Assembly (NCBI RefSeq): GCF_006345805.1
Contig: NC_043003.1
Location: forward strand, 50,654,001-50,718,000
Source: Octopus sinensis
Taxonomy: Eukaryota
DNA length: 64,000 nucleotides
Reading direction: 5' to 3'
In this document: positions 13,052 through 26,744 of the stretch, one piece after another
Layout of the letters: the number at the start of each line of letters is the position of its first letter
Position numbering within the stretch: the stretch's first letter is position 1
Program-made: the position numbers and the translations under genes
The notes under the pieces: model-generated
Databases searched by the model: none
What the model was told of the DNA's origin: nothing
Seen by the model: the letters and a program-made list of their open reading frames with translations, nothing else

Positions 13052-15202
13052 ACATACATAAACATTGATATATATTAACTTATATATGTACATATATATA
13101 TGTATGTATATGCGTGTGTGCATGTATATACGTACATATATCTGCCAACGTGTGTGTATATGTTCTTGGTTTTACTTTTCGAATTTCTCACCAAAGGGTT
13201 GCTTTGTAACTAAGAAACGACATTTTTATTCGAATTTAGACCATATCAAACAGGGCAGTCTTATATGTATATATATACGCATCCATACATATGGAGGTTT
13301 GCATTTACATGTGAGCGCAAGCAAGAGTATCATTGCATATATGGTTCATATGCTGAACTTCATGAATGTTTTACATATTTTGACACTACCTTTTACAGAT
13401 TGCCGCTGTAACATACTGCTTAAACATGTTTTGGTTTTATGAATCCTAGCTTCTCATGTGTGATATTGGGGCTCTTTCATCGGTCTGGCTAATATATTTT
13501 CATTTCTACTAATTTTTACCATCATTTTTAATCCTTCAAATCGACGGTGTCACCTAACTCAGTCCGGCTCAAAGTTGCTGGCCTTGTGCCCAAATTATTA
13601 ATTTGTGCAAGTGGTTTCAGTCCGGTCGCTCTTGAGCGCTACTGGTAATCCTATCAAGTTTGCTTGGTGAGGAGGGTGATTGTTGGACACCCCGCGGGAT
13701 CAAAAATAAGATCCGTCAAAGGGCGGAATAACTACTGTGTAGTCAACGGCCAATTCAGCAAGTATCCTGTCGCGGTGAAGTGCCTGTGTGCTCCATTGAT
13801 CCGGAGATCTATGCTGGAGGGATTTTACCAGGCCAGACAGGTCGAAGGGTAGGACACAGAAAAGACCTTAACGGCAATAAATCGAAGCGTCGGCAGCATG
13901 GCGTGGATTTAGTTATCGGCAGGACCTAACAGATCAGATTCCAGGCTTTGAACTAGCAGGATGTCATGCAGAGGATCTTGAATACAAGACAATAGATGAG
14001 ACCCTAATATTCCTAGTTAGATGGAAACTGCGGGACCACATGGAGCAGCGCCCTGTGACTCCTATAGTATGCGCAACCGAAACCCCTATGACTGGGGCGT
14101 CCTAAGGGACGACCTAGATGAAATTCATTCGGAATTCATTAAACTAATTGTACGGTTGTTTTCTCGGTTTTGGTTTTAATCTTCTCTGATGGTTTTATAC
14201 AAATTGATTATATTTATTTCGGTCATTACATAAATTAAGAATTTCAATAATGTATTCACATCTTCGATAAATTTTTATTTCCAATATCTATCCTAACTAA
14301 TTTATTACATTCTAGTTTCCTGCTTGTTTGTGTGAATTATTCTGATTTCAGGTTTTCCCTGCATAAGAAAAAGAATTTCATTTCTTAATAGATTTAGCAT
14401 GTTAATACCTACCTCCGCTTTGTAGCTACACAGTTCCTTTCACTATCCTCTCCATTTATCCGTTATTTTATTTGTTTTGATTAGCAGAATACCATATTTA
14501 TCTTCAACAATCTGACATTTAAGTCTATTCTTTAGTTACTTATGTAGGTATCCTTCTTTGCTTACTATTTTGTATGATTTCCTTGGCTTTTTGCTCCATA
14601 ATTTCTTTCAATTCCTTTACATCTTTCGTTAATTCATGTATATTCTGCTGCCCTAATTTCCATTTCTTACTTTCTTATAGCCTAATCTATATTCCATTTT
14701 CTGCTGCTTCATTTTCATTTCGTTTCTGTTTTAGATCTCTTCTTTCATCACAACTGATTAAAACATCTTTATTTATCTAAGCATTCTGAGCTTTCTATCC
14801 CTTTTACCAAGAATTTTGTCGGCTGTCGTTGTTATTATTTTTTCAAATACTCCTATTGATTCTCGAACATTTGCATCTAATAATAATAAATGACCGATTT
14901 TTTCCTCCTATCTGAGCTACAAATTTTTCAAGAACATTTTATTCCCGAGTTTTAGTCTTTCTTGATTGATTTCATATTAAATTTTATTGATTTATGCCTA
15001 TATCTGCCTCTGGAAAAAAAAAACTTGAGTTTTAGCTGCATTTACGCTGATGTGATATCTTTTGGACCAGAGAACAAAAAATCGAACTAATATACATATC
15101 TCTTGAAATATCCTTACCTATTATAAAAACAAATGCTTTCCATTATATATCGAGGTCCCTTTGTCCCGTTTTAAAACAAAATGCACTTACACACACATAT
15201 GC

Positions 15203-15335
15203 TTTTATTAAAACTGCAAAATTATCCCAAAACTGTTCTCCAGTTTCACGTTCCCGTTCGATGAAGAGTATTCAACGAATAGGAACGTGAAACTCTGAGT
15301 AACAGTTTTGTGATAATTTTGTAGCTTTAATAAAA
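15203..15335. repeat. Palindromic foldback element (~58-bp arms, 15-nt spacer)
   Basis: 15203-15260 is the reverse complement of 15276-15335, with about 7 differences. Confidence 0.85.
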
Positions 15336-15989
15336 TGATTTTCTCTACTTTTCGTATTCGAGTACTATTTTACGAGCTTACATTTGTGTGTGTGTGTATT
15401 TATATCTGTGGTATTTGTAAATTATTTCCATCAACTTGATCGCAAGAACAATAATCTAAGGATATATATATATATATATATATAACAGCGACTGACCAGG
15501 CTATCAGATGTTGCTACACATCGCTGGTTCGAAATATTTTGTATGGAAGACAGACCCTTTGTCTATTACCTTCCTATATTTCTCTCCTGTTGGCAATACA
15601 ATCTGTTGTATTTGAGCCGTCCATATGATATAACAACAGCTGATGTAATTAGGAATTATACAAACCTTTTCAGAGGCTATGTTAGTTGAATAGCTTGCCG
15701 TTTATTCATGACTTCGTAACGAGACTTTCACTGTCTCTTCTCGTTTATATCATAAATGTACATGAAAAAAACTGTGTTTCTCTATTAATAATTTATTTCG
15801 TCATTAGAAAGCACTAGTGCCGAGGAACGTATTATGAAGCTTCACACATCATATGGATTCATTTTTTTCTGATTTTATTTTTCTTAGTTTGAGAGTTGTA
15901 ATAAGTCCTAGTATTGCTAGCTCTTGCAAAGCAGGCACACTCCGTTCTTTTTGTGTTACTTTCATTATTTGAATATTTCATCATTTGAA

Positions 15990-16385
15990 AGAATTATTTC
16001 AAATTTTTGCCACAAGGACAGCTTGTGGGAGGTAGAGATGAGTCGATTACATCAACCCCAGTGTTTAACTAATGCTTATTTTATCGAAAGGATGAAAGGC
16101 AAAGTCGACCTCGGTAATTTGAACTCAGAACGTAGCGACAGGCAAAATACCTATTTCTTTACTACCCACAAGGTGTTAAAAACAGAGGGGACAAACAAGG
16201 ACAGACAAACGGATTAAGTTGATTACATCGACCCCAGTGCGTAACTGGTACTTAATTTATCGACCCCGAAAGGATGAAAGGCAAAGTCGACCACAGTGGA
16301 ATTTGAACTCAGAACGTAACAGCAGACGAAATACGGCTACGCATTTCACCCGGCGTACTAACGTTTCTGCCAGCTCGCCGTCTTA
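15990..16385 (-). mobile_element. SINE family A with tandem internal module
   Basis: Two CCGAAAGGATGAAAGGCAAAGTCGAC blocks. The head end reads GCCAGCTCGCCGTCTTA. Confidence 0.85.
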
Positions 16386-16423
16386 TTTGATAATAATAAT
16401 GATGATAATTAATGAAGGCGCGT

Positions 16424-16680
16424 GGTTTATAGCTTAGGGGTATTCGGCTCACGATCATTAGGTCGTGAGATCGATTTCCGGCGGCGCGTTGTGTCCTTGA
16501 GCAAGACACTTTATTTCACTTAGCTGGTAAACATGAGTTGTACCTATATTTCAAAGAACCAGCTTCGTTACATCTTGTGTCATGCTGAATCTCCCTAAAT
16601 ACGCGTTGAGGAAACACGTGTCTGTGGAGTACTCAGCCACTTGTACGTTAATTTCACGAGCATCCTGTTCAGACAGAGTG
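16424..16680 (+). mobile_element. tRNA-derived SINE family D
   Basis: Head GAAGGCGCGTGG..., then GTTGTGTCCTTGAGCAAGACACTTTATTTCAC and GTCTGTGGAGTACTCAGCCAC. Related copy at 29585-29850, and a same-head copy at 42560-42841 (minus). Confidence 0.8.
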
Positions 16681-16765
16681 CCAGTTTAATTTTTGTCATG
16701 ATGGTGATGACAACGATGATGTTATTGTTAGATTGATGATGCTGATGGCGACGACGACGTCCATG

Positions 16766-16767
<2 letters not shown>

Positions 16768-16814
<47 letters not shown>
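16768..16814. repeat. (GAT)n microsatellite
   Basis: Direct reading. Confidence 0.95.
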
Positions 16815-16816
<2 letters not shown>

Positions 16817-17469
16817 GCTTTAGTTTTCTTGTTACTGTCATGTTACTGGAGTTGTCGCTGATGATTTTGGTGATGGCTGTGTTGCCACTGCTGTTTACGC
16901 TTCCTTTTGTTGTTCTTGTTGATGTTCTCGATGATATTCATGTTAAAGTTTCTGGCGGCAGTTTTAATGGTGGTGGTGGTGGTGGAGGTGGTAGTGGAAT
17001 TTATACTGGTGCCGCTTTTAGTCTCATTACTGTAAGGCTCCATGACACTGTCAGAGTCCAAGACCTTCTTTTCTTATTAGTTTACTCTACAGACCTTCGG
17101 AAATGTTTGTTTTCTTTTATGTATGCTTTGACAGACGAGTTTATCGATGCAGACGACAGCTTCAGCGTTATAGCAACCACGTCTGTTATGGCTGCCTCCC
17201 ACAGACCTTCCCTCTTCAAACATAAAACATGTCATTTTTAATAAAAATGTTTATCTGCTGACTGTAGACGACCGGGGTAAAAATAAATGTATCTCTTTTA
17301 ATTAGAGAAGATACTGAGAGTGTTTTTAGTTCCCCACTTTCACAGAATGTACTTTCAAGAATTATAACAATAAAATTCTAACTTTCGTCGGAGAAATTTT
17401 CAAAACACCGCGTCAACTTTTGGGATATCGTTATTTGCAGTTAGAGTAACGCGGGTAAGATGATAATAA

Positions 17470-18235
17470 TAATAAAGGTTTCAAATTTAGCCACAAGGGC
17501 AGCGGTTTTGGGGGAGGGGATAAGTCAATTATATTTACCCCAGTGTTTCACTGGTACTTAATGTACTAACTCTGAAAGGATAAAAAGCGAAGTCGACCGC
17601 GACAGAATTTGAGCTCGGAGCGTACCGACAAGCGAAATACCTATTTCTTTACTACCCACAAGGGGCTAAACACAGAGAGGACAAACAAGGACAGACAGAC
17701 GGATTAAGTCGATTATATCGACTCCAGTGCGTAACTGGTACTTAATTTATCGACCCCGAAAGGATGAAAGGCAAAGTCGACCACGGCGGAATTTGAACTC
17801 AGAACGTAACGGCAGACGAAATACCGCTACGCATTTCGCCCGGCATGCTAACAATTCTGCCAACTCGCCGCCTTAATAATAGTAATAATAATCCTTTCTA
17901 CTGGAGGAACAAGGCCTGAAATTTTGGGGAAGAGTTTAAGTCGATTACACCGACCCCCAGTACTCATCCGGTACTTAATTTATTGAGCCCGAAAGGATGA
18001 AAGGCAAAGTCGACCACGGCGGAATTTGAACTCAGAGCATAAAGATGGATGAAATGCCGCTAAGCATTTTTCTCGGCGTGGTAACGATTCTGCCACCTCG
18101 CCGCCTCAATAATAATAATAATAATAATAATAATAAGGGTTGATAAATTAAGTACCAGCTGCCTACTGGGTCGATCTAATCGACTGGCCCCCTCACCCAA
18201 CATTTCATACCTTGTGCCTATAGTAGAAAGTATTA
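17470..18235 (-). mobile_element. Cluster of SINE family A copies (17470-17875 and 17890-18108 minus; partial plus copy 18130-18235)
   Basis: Repeated family A core and head, separated by (AAT)n. Confidence 0.85.
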
Positions 18236-18884
18236 TTATTATTATTATTATTATTTGCATTGGATGAAAGCCGCTATTTTCGTTAAATAAACGATGGTAC
18301 TTGACTGTTGCTTCTGTTTTCGATACCTAGAAAGGTAGAAAGAATCTGAACCAATCGGGATTTGAACTTCAGTCTTAAAGAGATATAAATAAGAACTGTA
18401 CGTCTCTACGGATTATACCATTTACTTCTTTCTAAAAGTAACAATAAAAACAGAAGAAGAAAATCAAGCGAAATAGAAGAGACAATCAGCATTAAGCTAT
18501 AGAAAGAAAAGACGAAAGCCGTTTATCATCTGTTGTTTGGATTTAAAATACTTACTGGAAATGATTATGGTAAAGGATATAACAATACATTAATAGACAT
18601 AGCAGTATTCAAATAAATTAAGAAGTGGTTGGAAGATACATTCAGTGTGGCATAAAAGCCTGATGGAATAGAGAGATAGACCGACCACACTGGAAAAAGA
18701 AAAAGAAACTGCGTTACGATTATGAATGCCACATGTGTAGACCCACCGCTACCAGGAAACTAGATATAACTTTAGATAATACTCGCCATATTGATAAGTC
18801 TTGTCCCAATGAGAGAAAAACAAACAAATAAAAGGATTCAAGAGATACGAAGAATGTATGAACGAAGCATAAAATATGGGTTTC

Positions 18885-19330
18885 AAATTTTGGTACAAAG
18901 CCAGCAATTTCGGTGTCAAGTCGATGAAATCGACCCACAATGTTCAACTGGTTCTTATTTTATCGACTCCAAAAGGTTGATAGGAAAAAGTCGATCCCGG
19001 AGGAATTTGAACTCAGAACATAAAGACGAACGAAATATCAGTAAGTATTTTTCCCGGCGTGCTTAACGATTCTGCCAGCTTCCCACCTTAAAACATGGAC
19101 ATATAATAGTAATGCTTATATAAAGCGGTGAGCTGGCAGAATTGTTACCATGCGGTGAAAAATACTTAGCGGCATTTCATTCGTTTTAACATTCTAAATT
19201 CAAATTCCGTCAAGGTCGGCTTTACTTTCATCCATTTCGGGGTCAACAAAGCAAGTACTCATTGAACACTGGGGCCGATGTGATCGAATTATTCCCTTCT
19301 GAATTTACTGGCCTTGTGCCAAAATTTGAA
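18885..19330. mobile_element. Head-to-head pair of SINE family A copies
   Basis: 18885-19092 minus and 19120-19330 plus. Confidence 0.75.
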
Positions 19331-19743
19331 ACCAATATTAGTGTTTATAATTATTTCAAATCTAGGCTCAACGCCTTTTGAGATCAAGATAAAACGAAAC
19401 CACTGTCCTCCAGATCTCGAAAGCAAATGTATTTTATCGATCGCGAAAAAATGTAAGGCAAAGTTGATCTCGGCAGGATTTGAGATCAGGATCTACATAA
19501 ACAAAAGCAACGCAATACATTCTTCTCAGTATTTGCCAGCTTGCCACCTCAAGAGTGATAATAATGTTTTCTAGCATAGACACAGGGCTTCAGAGTTTGA
19601 GAAATGGATAGAGACAATTATATCGGCCCCCATAATTTCTATTGTACTATTTTATTTGCCCCATAATATTCTTTTCTACTCAAGGCACAAGACCCGAAAT
19701 TTTGGGGGAGTCAATTAGATCGAACTCAGTACGCGGATTTTTT

Positions 19744-20184
19744 CCCTTTGAACGGCAGATCAAGAAATTAATTTTTTGTAACTAAACACTTTCAAACTTC
19801 GGAAACAAGAAAAAAAAAACAACCTAAAAGCAGTAGAAATGCACCAACGATTGTGGAGGTGCCATGAAGGGAACATGCTTCACATACAATCGTTTATTCA
19901 TACAAACGTAACTGAGATTAAATATGTCATAAATAACGAATATACACCGTTGGAAGTTGTTGACAAACAGCGGCTGTAATTTTATTCAGCTGAATATACA
20001 TCATTGATTGGTTGAAATTACCGAAATACAACTTCTTTAACACAAAATAACTTTAAAAATATAAACTTTTCTCAACAAAACTAAGAGTAAAAGATTTTGT
20101 TTTATATGCCATATTCTACCAGTGTCCGAAGTTTGAAAGTGTTTAGTTACAAAAAATTAATTTCTCGATCTGCCGTTCAAAGGG
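19744..20184. mobile_element. MITE with 60-bp TIRs, inserted in a family A SINE
   Basis: CCCTTTGAACGGCAGATC...AACTTCGGA (19744-19803) against 20125-20184, one mismatch. No ORF. SINE parts flank both sides. Confidence 0.9.
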
Positions 20185-20189
20185 TAAAG

Positions 20190-20518
20190 ATCCCAGTACG
20201 TAACTGTTACTTAATTTATCGACCCCGAAAGGATGAAAGGCAAAGTCGATCTCACCGGAATTTGAACTCAGAACTATGAAATACCTATTTCTTTACTACC
20301 CGCAAGGGGCCTAAACACAGAGGGGACAAACAAGGACAGACAAACGGATTAAGTCGATTACATCGACACCAGTGCGTAACTGGTACTTAATTTATCGACC
20401 CCGAAAGGATGAAAGGCAAAGTCGACCTCGGCGGAATTTGAACTCAGAATGTAACGGCAGACGAAATACTGCTAAGCATTTCACCCGGCGTGCTAACGTT
20501 TCTGCCAGCTCGCCGCTT
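20190..20518 (-). mobile_element. SINE family A with tandem module
   Basis: Two core blocks plus the head. Confidence 0.85.
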
Positions 20519-20809
20519 CATTTGCCCCATAATACTGAAAGACAAAGCTAACATAGGCAGAATTTGAATTTAGATTTTAAAAGACAGTAAGTAGAGACTG
20601 AAAAACCTTTTTGTAGACACTTCTGTTGATGCTGTCAATCTAAAAAGCAATTCATATAATACAAAACAAAATTGATACAGCTTTCAGATATAAGACTGTA
20701 TCAACAAAAGAACATGTTGCATAAACCTCAATAACACAGGAGTGTCTTTGTAGATGTAGCCGGAAGTAGCATGAAGTTGATGTAATGTTTGTTGTTCCTT
20801 ATCGAACTA

Positions 20810-21090
20810 TGCCTGGCTCTTAAGGGCCGGTTTCTCCGGTTTCATTGGCGTATAGGTTCCCCGCCTGGACAGGACGTCGGTCTATCGCAGGTGAGCTGCT
20901 AGATGCAGGAGGAGAGAATGAAAGTTGTGGCGAAAGAGTCGGTAGAATTTCGCCATTACCTTCTGGTGGAGCCGCGTGGAGTTTAGGTGTTTCGCTCATA
21001 AACACGCGCATCGCCCGATCTGAGTTTCGAACCTGCGATCCCTCGACCACGAGTCCGCTGCTCTAACCACTGGACCATGTGCCTCCACGA
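20810..21090 (-). mobile_element. SINE family C
   Basis: Same head and tail as 10450-10745. Confidence 0.85.
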
Positions 21091-21364
21091 AATTGATGTA
21101 AACATAACACTAATGTAAGAAAAACTGGAGCAGGTAAAAACATGATTTAAATTTTCAGCAGAAGACCAGTAGTTTGAAAGGAGTGAGAAATCGATTAGGT
21201 CGACTCTAGTGTTCAACTGGTACTTATTTTATGGACTTCTGAGGGAAGAAAGCCAAAATTAACCTCGGCGGAGTTTGAACCCAAAAAGTAGAGCCGAGAG
21301 AAATGCTGTCAAGTACTTTGTCTGAGTCACTAATGATTCTATCAGCTCGCTTGCCTTGAAGAGA

Positions 21365-21722
21365 GATGGTAAAAATGTTCATGAGGAATGGTGTAATGGT
21401 GAACATAGTTTGAGATAAGCCTATCCACACAGGAAGGGAGATCACGGAAGATCGACCGGATATTGTTGTTGAGGACCACCAGGAAAGGATGCTTCTTAAT
21501 CGAAGAATCAGTCCCAACACACGATAATGTATTTCTAAAAGAAATGCTTTTTCCAAATATGATATGGAAATAGAACAAGGATATGAGGATAGAAGATGGA
21601 AGCAATATATATTATAATCGGTACCTTGGGAATGATTAAGGTATGCTGACAACTAGTTAACGAAAAATCCAGGAATTACACATATACACAACTTGCAGAA
21701 AATTGTACTGCTACACACTGCT
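21365..21722 (+). pseudogene. R4/Dong-type non-LTR retrotransposon, decayed restriction-like endonuclease C-terminus
   Basis: Translation across frameshifts: (W)DKPIHTGREITEDRPDIVV...LIEESVPTHDNVFLKE...KY...IIIGTLGMIK...PG...NLQKIVLLHTA. Confidence 0.75.
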
Positions 21723-21723
21723 T

Positions 21724-21960
21724 GTGGAGGCGCGAGGCTTAGATGGTTAGGGTATTGAACTCATGATCGTAAGGTTGTGGTTTCGATTCCTGGACCGGGT
21801 GATGCGTTGTGTTCTTGAGCAAAACACTTCATTTCACGTTGCTCCAGTCCACTCAGCTGGCAAAATTGAGTAATCCTGCGACAGACCGGCGTCCCGTCCA
21901 GGTGAGGAATTTATTCGCCACGGAAACCGGGAAACCGGCCCTTATGAGCCTGGCATGCCT
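21724..21960 (+). mobile_element. Chimeric SINE (family D head, family C tail)
   Basis: The D-type GTTGTGTTCTTGAGCAAAACAC block is joined to the C-type GACCGGCGTCCCGTCCAGGTG...GGAAACCGGCCC tail. Confidence 0.7.
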
Positions 21961-21983
21961 TGAGAAGGAACATTTATTTAGAG

Positions 21984-22255
21984 TAGGCACATGGCCTAGT
22001 AGTTAGAGCAGCGGACTCGCGGTCGAGGGATCGCGGGATCGAATCTCAGACCGGGCGATGTGTGTATTTATGAGCGAAACACCTAAGCTCCACGGGCTCC
22101 GGCAGAAGGTAATGGCGAACTTCTGCTGGCTCTTTCGCCACAATTTTTTCTCACTCTTTCCTCCTGCATTTTGTAGCTCATCTGTGACGGACCGGCGTCC
22201 CGTCCAAGTGGGGAGCCTATGCGCCAAGGAAACCCGAAAACCGGCCCTATGAGAA
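21984..22255 (+). mobile_element. SINE family C
   Basis: GGCCTAGTAGTTAGAGCAGCGGACTCGCGGTCG head with the family tail. Confidence 0.85.
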
Positions 22256-22959
22256 TGAACAAACAAAACAATAACAACACATTGCTTACATATAGGTTTC
22301 AAATTTCCACACAAGTCCAACAATTTCGAGGAAGGGGTTAAGTTTATTAGATCCACACCAGTACTCAACTTACATTTATTTTATCGACATCCAAAAGGAT
22401 AAAAGGTAAAGCCGTCCCATCAGAATTTGAACGCAGAGCGTAAAGACTAGGACATGCAGCTAAGCATCTTACTCAGCGCGCAATTCTGCACGCCGCCCTA
22501 CACACTATTCATATTTCGTACGGTAATTTCAATACGACAGAAGACAAGACTCAAAGCTCAGTATGTACACAAGGCACATAAAGCTGTGCTCAGTGATGCT
22601 GTGAAAGCGAGCATTATATGTAATAATAGTGAGGAGGAGGAGGAGGGGGAAATGATGACGTTATAAAATGCTTTCCACATGAACAACACATTTATAGAAA
22701 AAAATATATACTTACAGATTAATGTATAGATAGATAGATAGATAGATAGCTATACATATACACCTATATATATATCCAAACAGACGCACATACATATGCA
22801 AAAATCACACACACGCATATATATTATTTTTTATTGGCCACAGGGGGCTAAATATAGAGGAGACAAACAGCGAAAGACAAGGGGATTAAGTCGATTACAT
22901 TGCCCCCAGTGATTAACTGGTACTTATTTAACCAACCACGAAACGATGAAAGGATGTGT

Positions 22960-23099
22960 GGTAAGAAGCTTGCTACCCAACCACATGGTTCTGGATTCAG
23001 TCCCACTGCGTGGCACCTTGCGCAAGTGTCTTCTACTATATCCTCGGGCCGACCAAGGACTTCAATGGATTTCATTGACGGAAACTGAAAGAAGCCCGT

Positions 23100-23145
<46 letters not shown>

Positions 23146-23300
23146 CCATTTGACAATTGGTGTTGTTGTGGTTACATCCCCGTAACTTGGCGGTTCAGCT
23201 TAAGAGATGGATAGAATAAGTACTAGGCGTAAGAATAAAACCCTACAAGGTGGTACTCCAGCATGACCGCAGTCAAATGACTGAAATAAGTAAAAGAATG
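22960..23300 (+). mobile_element. SINE family B (tRNA head, internal microsatellite, conserved tail)
   Basis: TGTGTGGTAAGAAGCTTGCT...CAGTCCCACTGCGTGGCACC head, then (TA)n, then CAGCATGACCGCAGTCAAATGACTGAAA tail. Confidence 0.85.
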
Positions 23301-23321
23301 TATGTGCGTGCGTGTGCGTGT

Positions 23322-23389
<68 letters not shown>

Positions 23390-23659
23390 GTGTAATCAAA
23401 GAGCAATTTCCAGTCCTCTTTTCAAGTTACGAAAACCTGCCAAGAAACCACATTGCCACTTTCTTACCATTCTGCAAGCATGTAGTTATTCGTGATGAGG
23501 ATACTGGTCCTTTGAACCAATCAGCTTACATGAAGCTTATTTACTGCATTTCTAAGCCGTGTTCCAAGTAAATATCTTCCTATATACTTCCTCAAAGCTG
23601 CGGCCTTCCAAATATCTTGGGCATTAAAAGAAAAACCTTGATATCTTTTAAATTTTTTT

Positions 23660-24100
<441 letters not shown>

Positions 24101-25461
24101 ATATATGTATGTATAAATATATATAATAATAATAAATAATATATATACAAGCGACGAGCTTCTACACAGTTTCAACATACTAAATTTGGTCACAGGACAT
24201 TGGTCGGCCCGGATCTATAGTAGAAAACACTGCTCAAGGTGCTCCACAGCGGGACTAAACTCTGAAACTGCGAGATTGAAAAGCGAGCTTTTCAGCCTCA
24301 TATCCATGCCTGCGTCTGTGTAAGTTAAAATCCAGTCAGCGACAACTTTATATTCCCTTTTATACAGGTCAATAAAATTAATAACAGTTGTCAGAAATTA
24401 ACCCCCAAGTTAGTCTGAATCAGACATGTAGCGTTCAGTTAATATTAGGCGAGCAGTGTAAATGTTTGGCTTACGAATGTAAACGCTACGTTGAAAAAAA
24501 AATAGTGATGTGTTTTGAAAAGAATAACTGACAATTCTTGTCTGAGATATGAAAGCAATTTATTTTCTTCAAGTTCGACAAAAATACTCTGAACTGCTAC
24601 AAGTTGAAAAGAGAGAAAGGGAATTATATTTGGTAAGTTTCCACGCCTGTTGATCATGTCTATATAGAATTGTGTGTGTATATGTATGTCAACGCCAACT
24701 TTAGTGATTGATAGTAGTTTTTGATAAGAGTCTACTAGAGTCTGCAGTATGTGTGAGTGTGTCAGTAACATTGTATAGTTAGTTAGTGGATGTAGTCGCC
24801 AAATACTTTTGTAGTTGTTGACTGCAGTTAGCCTGAGGGTAACATCTAAATGTCATCTCTGATGTGATCCCCTTGCGGAAGCTAAGCGGCAACTGTTGAA
24901 TGAACCACTCGTTGGTTATTTTTATAAATAGAGTTAAAAGAATGAGTTAGGAACTGTCGAGTCAAGTTAAGTCGAACTAACACTTCTGATCAGTCAAACG
25001 ATACCAACAAAAGCATTTCTTTGTTTCTATACAAGGAAAAATACAATGATCAAAAGTATCAGTCGACTATATATATATTTTGTTTTACTGTTAAGCATCA
25101 CTACACACGATGAGCTTTCTAGTCAGTAAATTGGAAGTTCAGGTTTCCAATCCGAACAGAACTCTCGTTTCAAGCACATTTGTTTTCAACGCTATTCAAA
25201 CCACAATCATTTTCTATGACAATCATATCATGTAGAAACTCCCTTATTGGCTCTTAACAAAGACGTGAGTATAGTAATGTGGATTCATTTGCAGTTCCTC
25301 TAAGTAATACTTTGAAGGTAGACCTTTTAGGACAAAGCCAATGATAGAGCCTCTTCCGCAGTCTTTCAACCTGCTACTTCCAATTCTGTCGTTTTGTGTA
25401 AGGAAAGAACACGAGATTTTGTTCTTTTAATTATATCTACAAAAAAGAAAAATGACAAGTA

Positions 25462-25659
25462 AGGCGTGGCTGTGTGGTAAGAAGCTTGCTTCCCAACCAC
25501 ATAGTTCCGGATTCAGTCCCACTGCGAGATGCTTTGGGCAAATGTCTTCTACTATAGCCTAGGACCGACCAAAGACTTGTGAGTGGATTTGGTAGACGGA
25601 AACTGAAAGAAGCCCGTCGTATATATACATATTATATATATATATATATTATATATATA

Positions 25660-25710
<51 letters not shown>

Positions 25711-25928
25711 ACTTATATTTATATTCTCTTTTATATATATTCTACTTATTATACAACATTACTTTTTTATGTACACTTTTTTATGTACATTCCTTTATGT
25801 ACACTGATTTGTTCTACTTTTTATATCTAACCCTACAGTCTCTTATGTGGTGGTTTAATAAAGTATGTGATTGAGTATTATCTGGTAATTGATATTTGAT
25901 TTAGATGTATTTCTCCATTTTCTTATCT

Positions 25929-26012
<84 letters not shown>

Positions 26013-26220
26013 TCTGTTTGTCCCCCACCATCACTTGACAACTGGATTTGGTGTGTTTACACCCCTGTAACATTAGCGCTTCGGCAAAAGATAACGAACG
26101 AATAAGTACTAGGTTTCAAGAATAATATCCCAAGGTCGATTTGCTCGACTAAAACTCTTCAAGGCGGTGCTACAGCATGGCCGCAGTGAAATGACTGAAG
26201 CAAGTAAAAGATAAAAGACG
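25462..26220 (+). mobile_element. SINE family B with expanded interior
   Basis: Head 25462-25620, then (TA)n, AT-rich and (TG)n interior, tail 26010-26220. Confidence 0.85.
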
Positions 26221-26744
26221 GAAGATGATATTTTTTGATCTTAGCTCTGCTCGAACGCATCTGACTTGCACCTAAACAGCGATCCTTTTTAGTAAACGTT
26301 TATCGCCCAAACATTTTCTTTCAATTTCATTAATTCATTTTTTCAGCTCATATTTTCTGGCAAAATCCTCCAGTAAATAAGTTCGAATGAATTTGCATTG
26401 CTGAGAACTAAAGATAAAAATATATAATTTCCCATCAAAATTTTCTATTTAGTAAACGGTACGTTGAAAAAAAAATTGTTCATTAACATTTTTACCAACA
26501 CAACTCCCATATAATATTTCATAAGAGAAAATGTTTAATAAGTCGAGAGATAAGTTGTTTTTTTTCTCTTTCTCTCCTTTGGGTAATTTACATGCTCATT
26601 TAAAAAAAAAATTTAAGTCTAAAAAGGAACTCTATTTATTCCACCTATATTATCCAAATGATATCGGTATTATGTTTACAATTTCCCTAAGATTAAACCC
26701 TCACCCCGTGCAATGCGTCCCCTACAAAGGTCGAGATCACATCA

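Noticed and set aside
13610-14120. GC-richer block resembling a LINE 5' UTR, possibly with an HDV-like ribozyme
   Set aside because: I could not build a convincing nested double pseudoknot or find adjacent ORF motifs.
14150-14900. Possible decayed K/E-rich ORF on the minus strand
   Set aside because: Many stops and no diagnostic motif.
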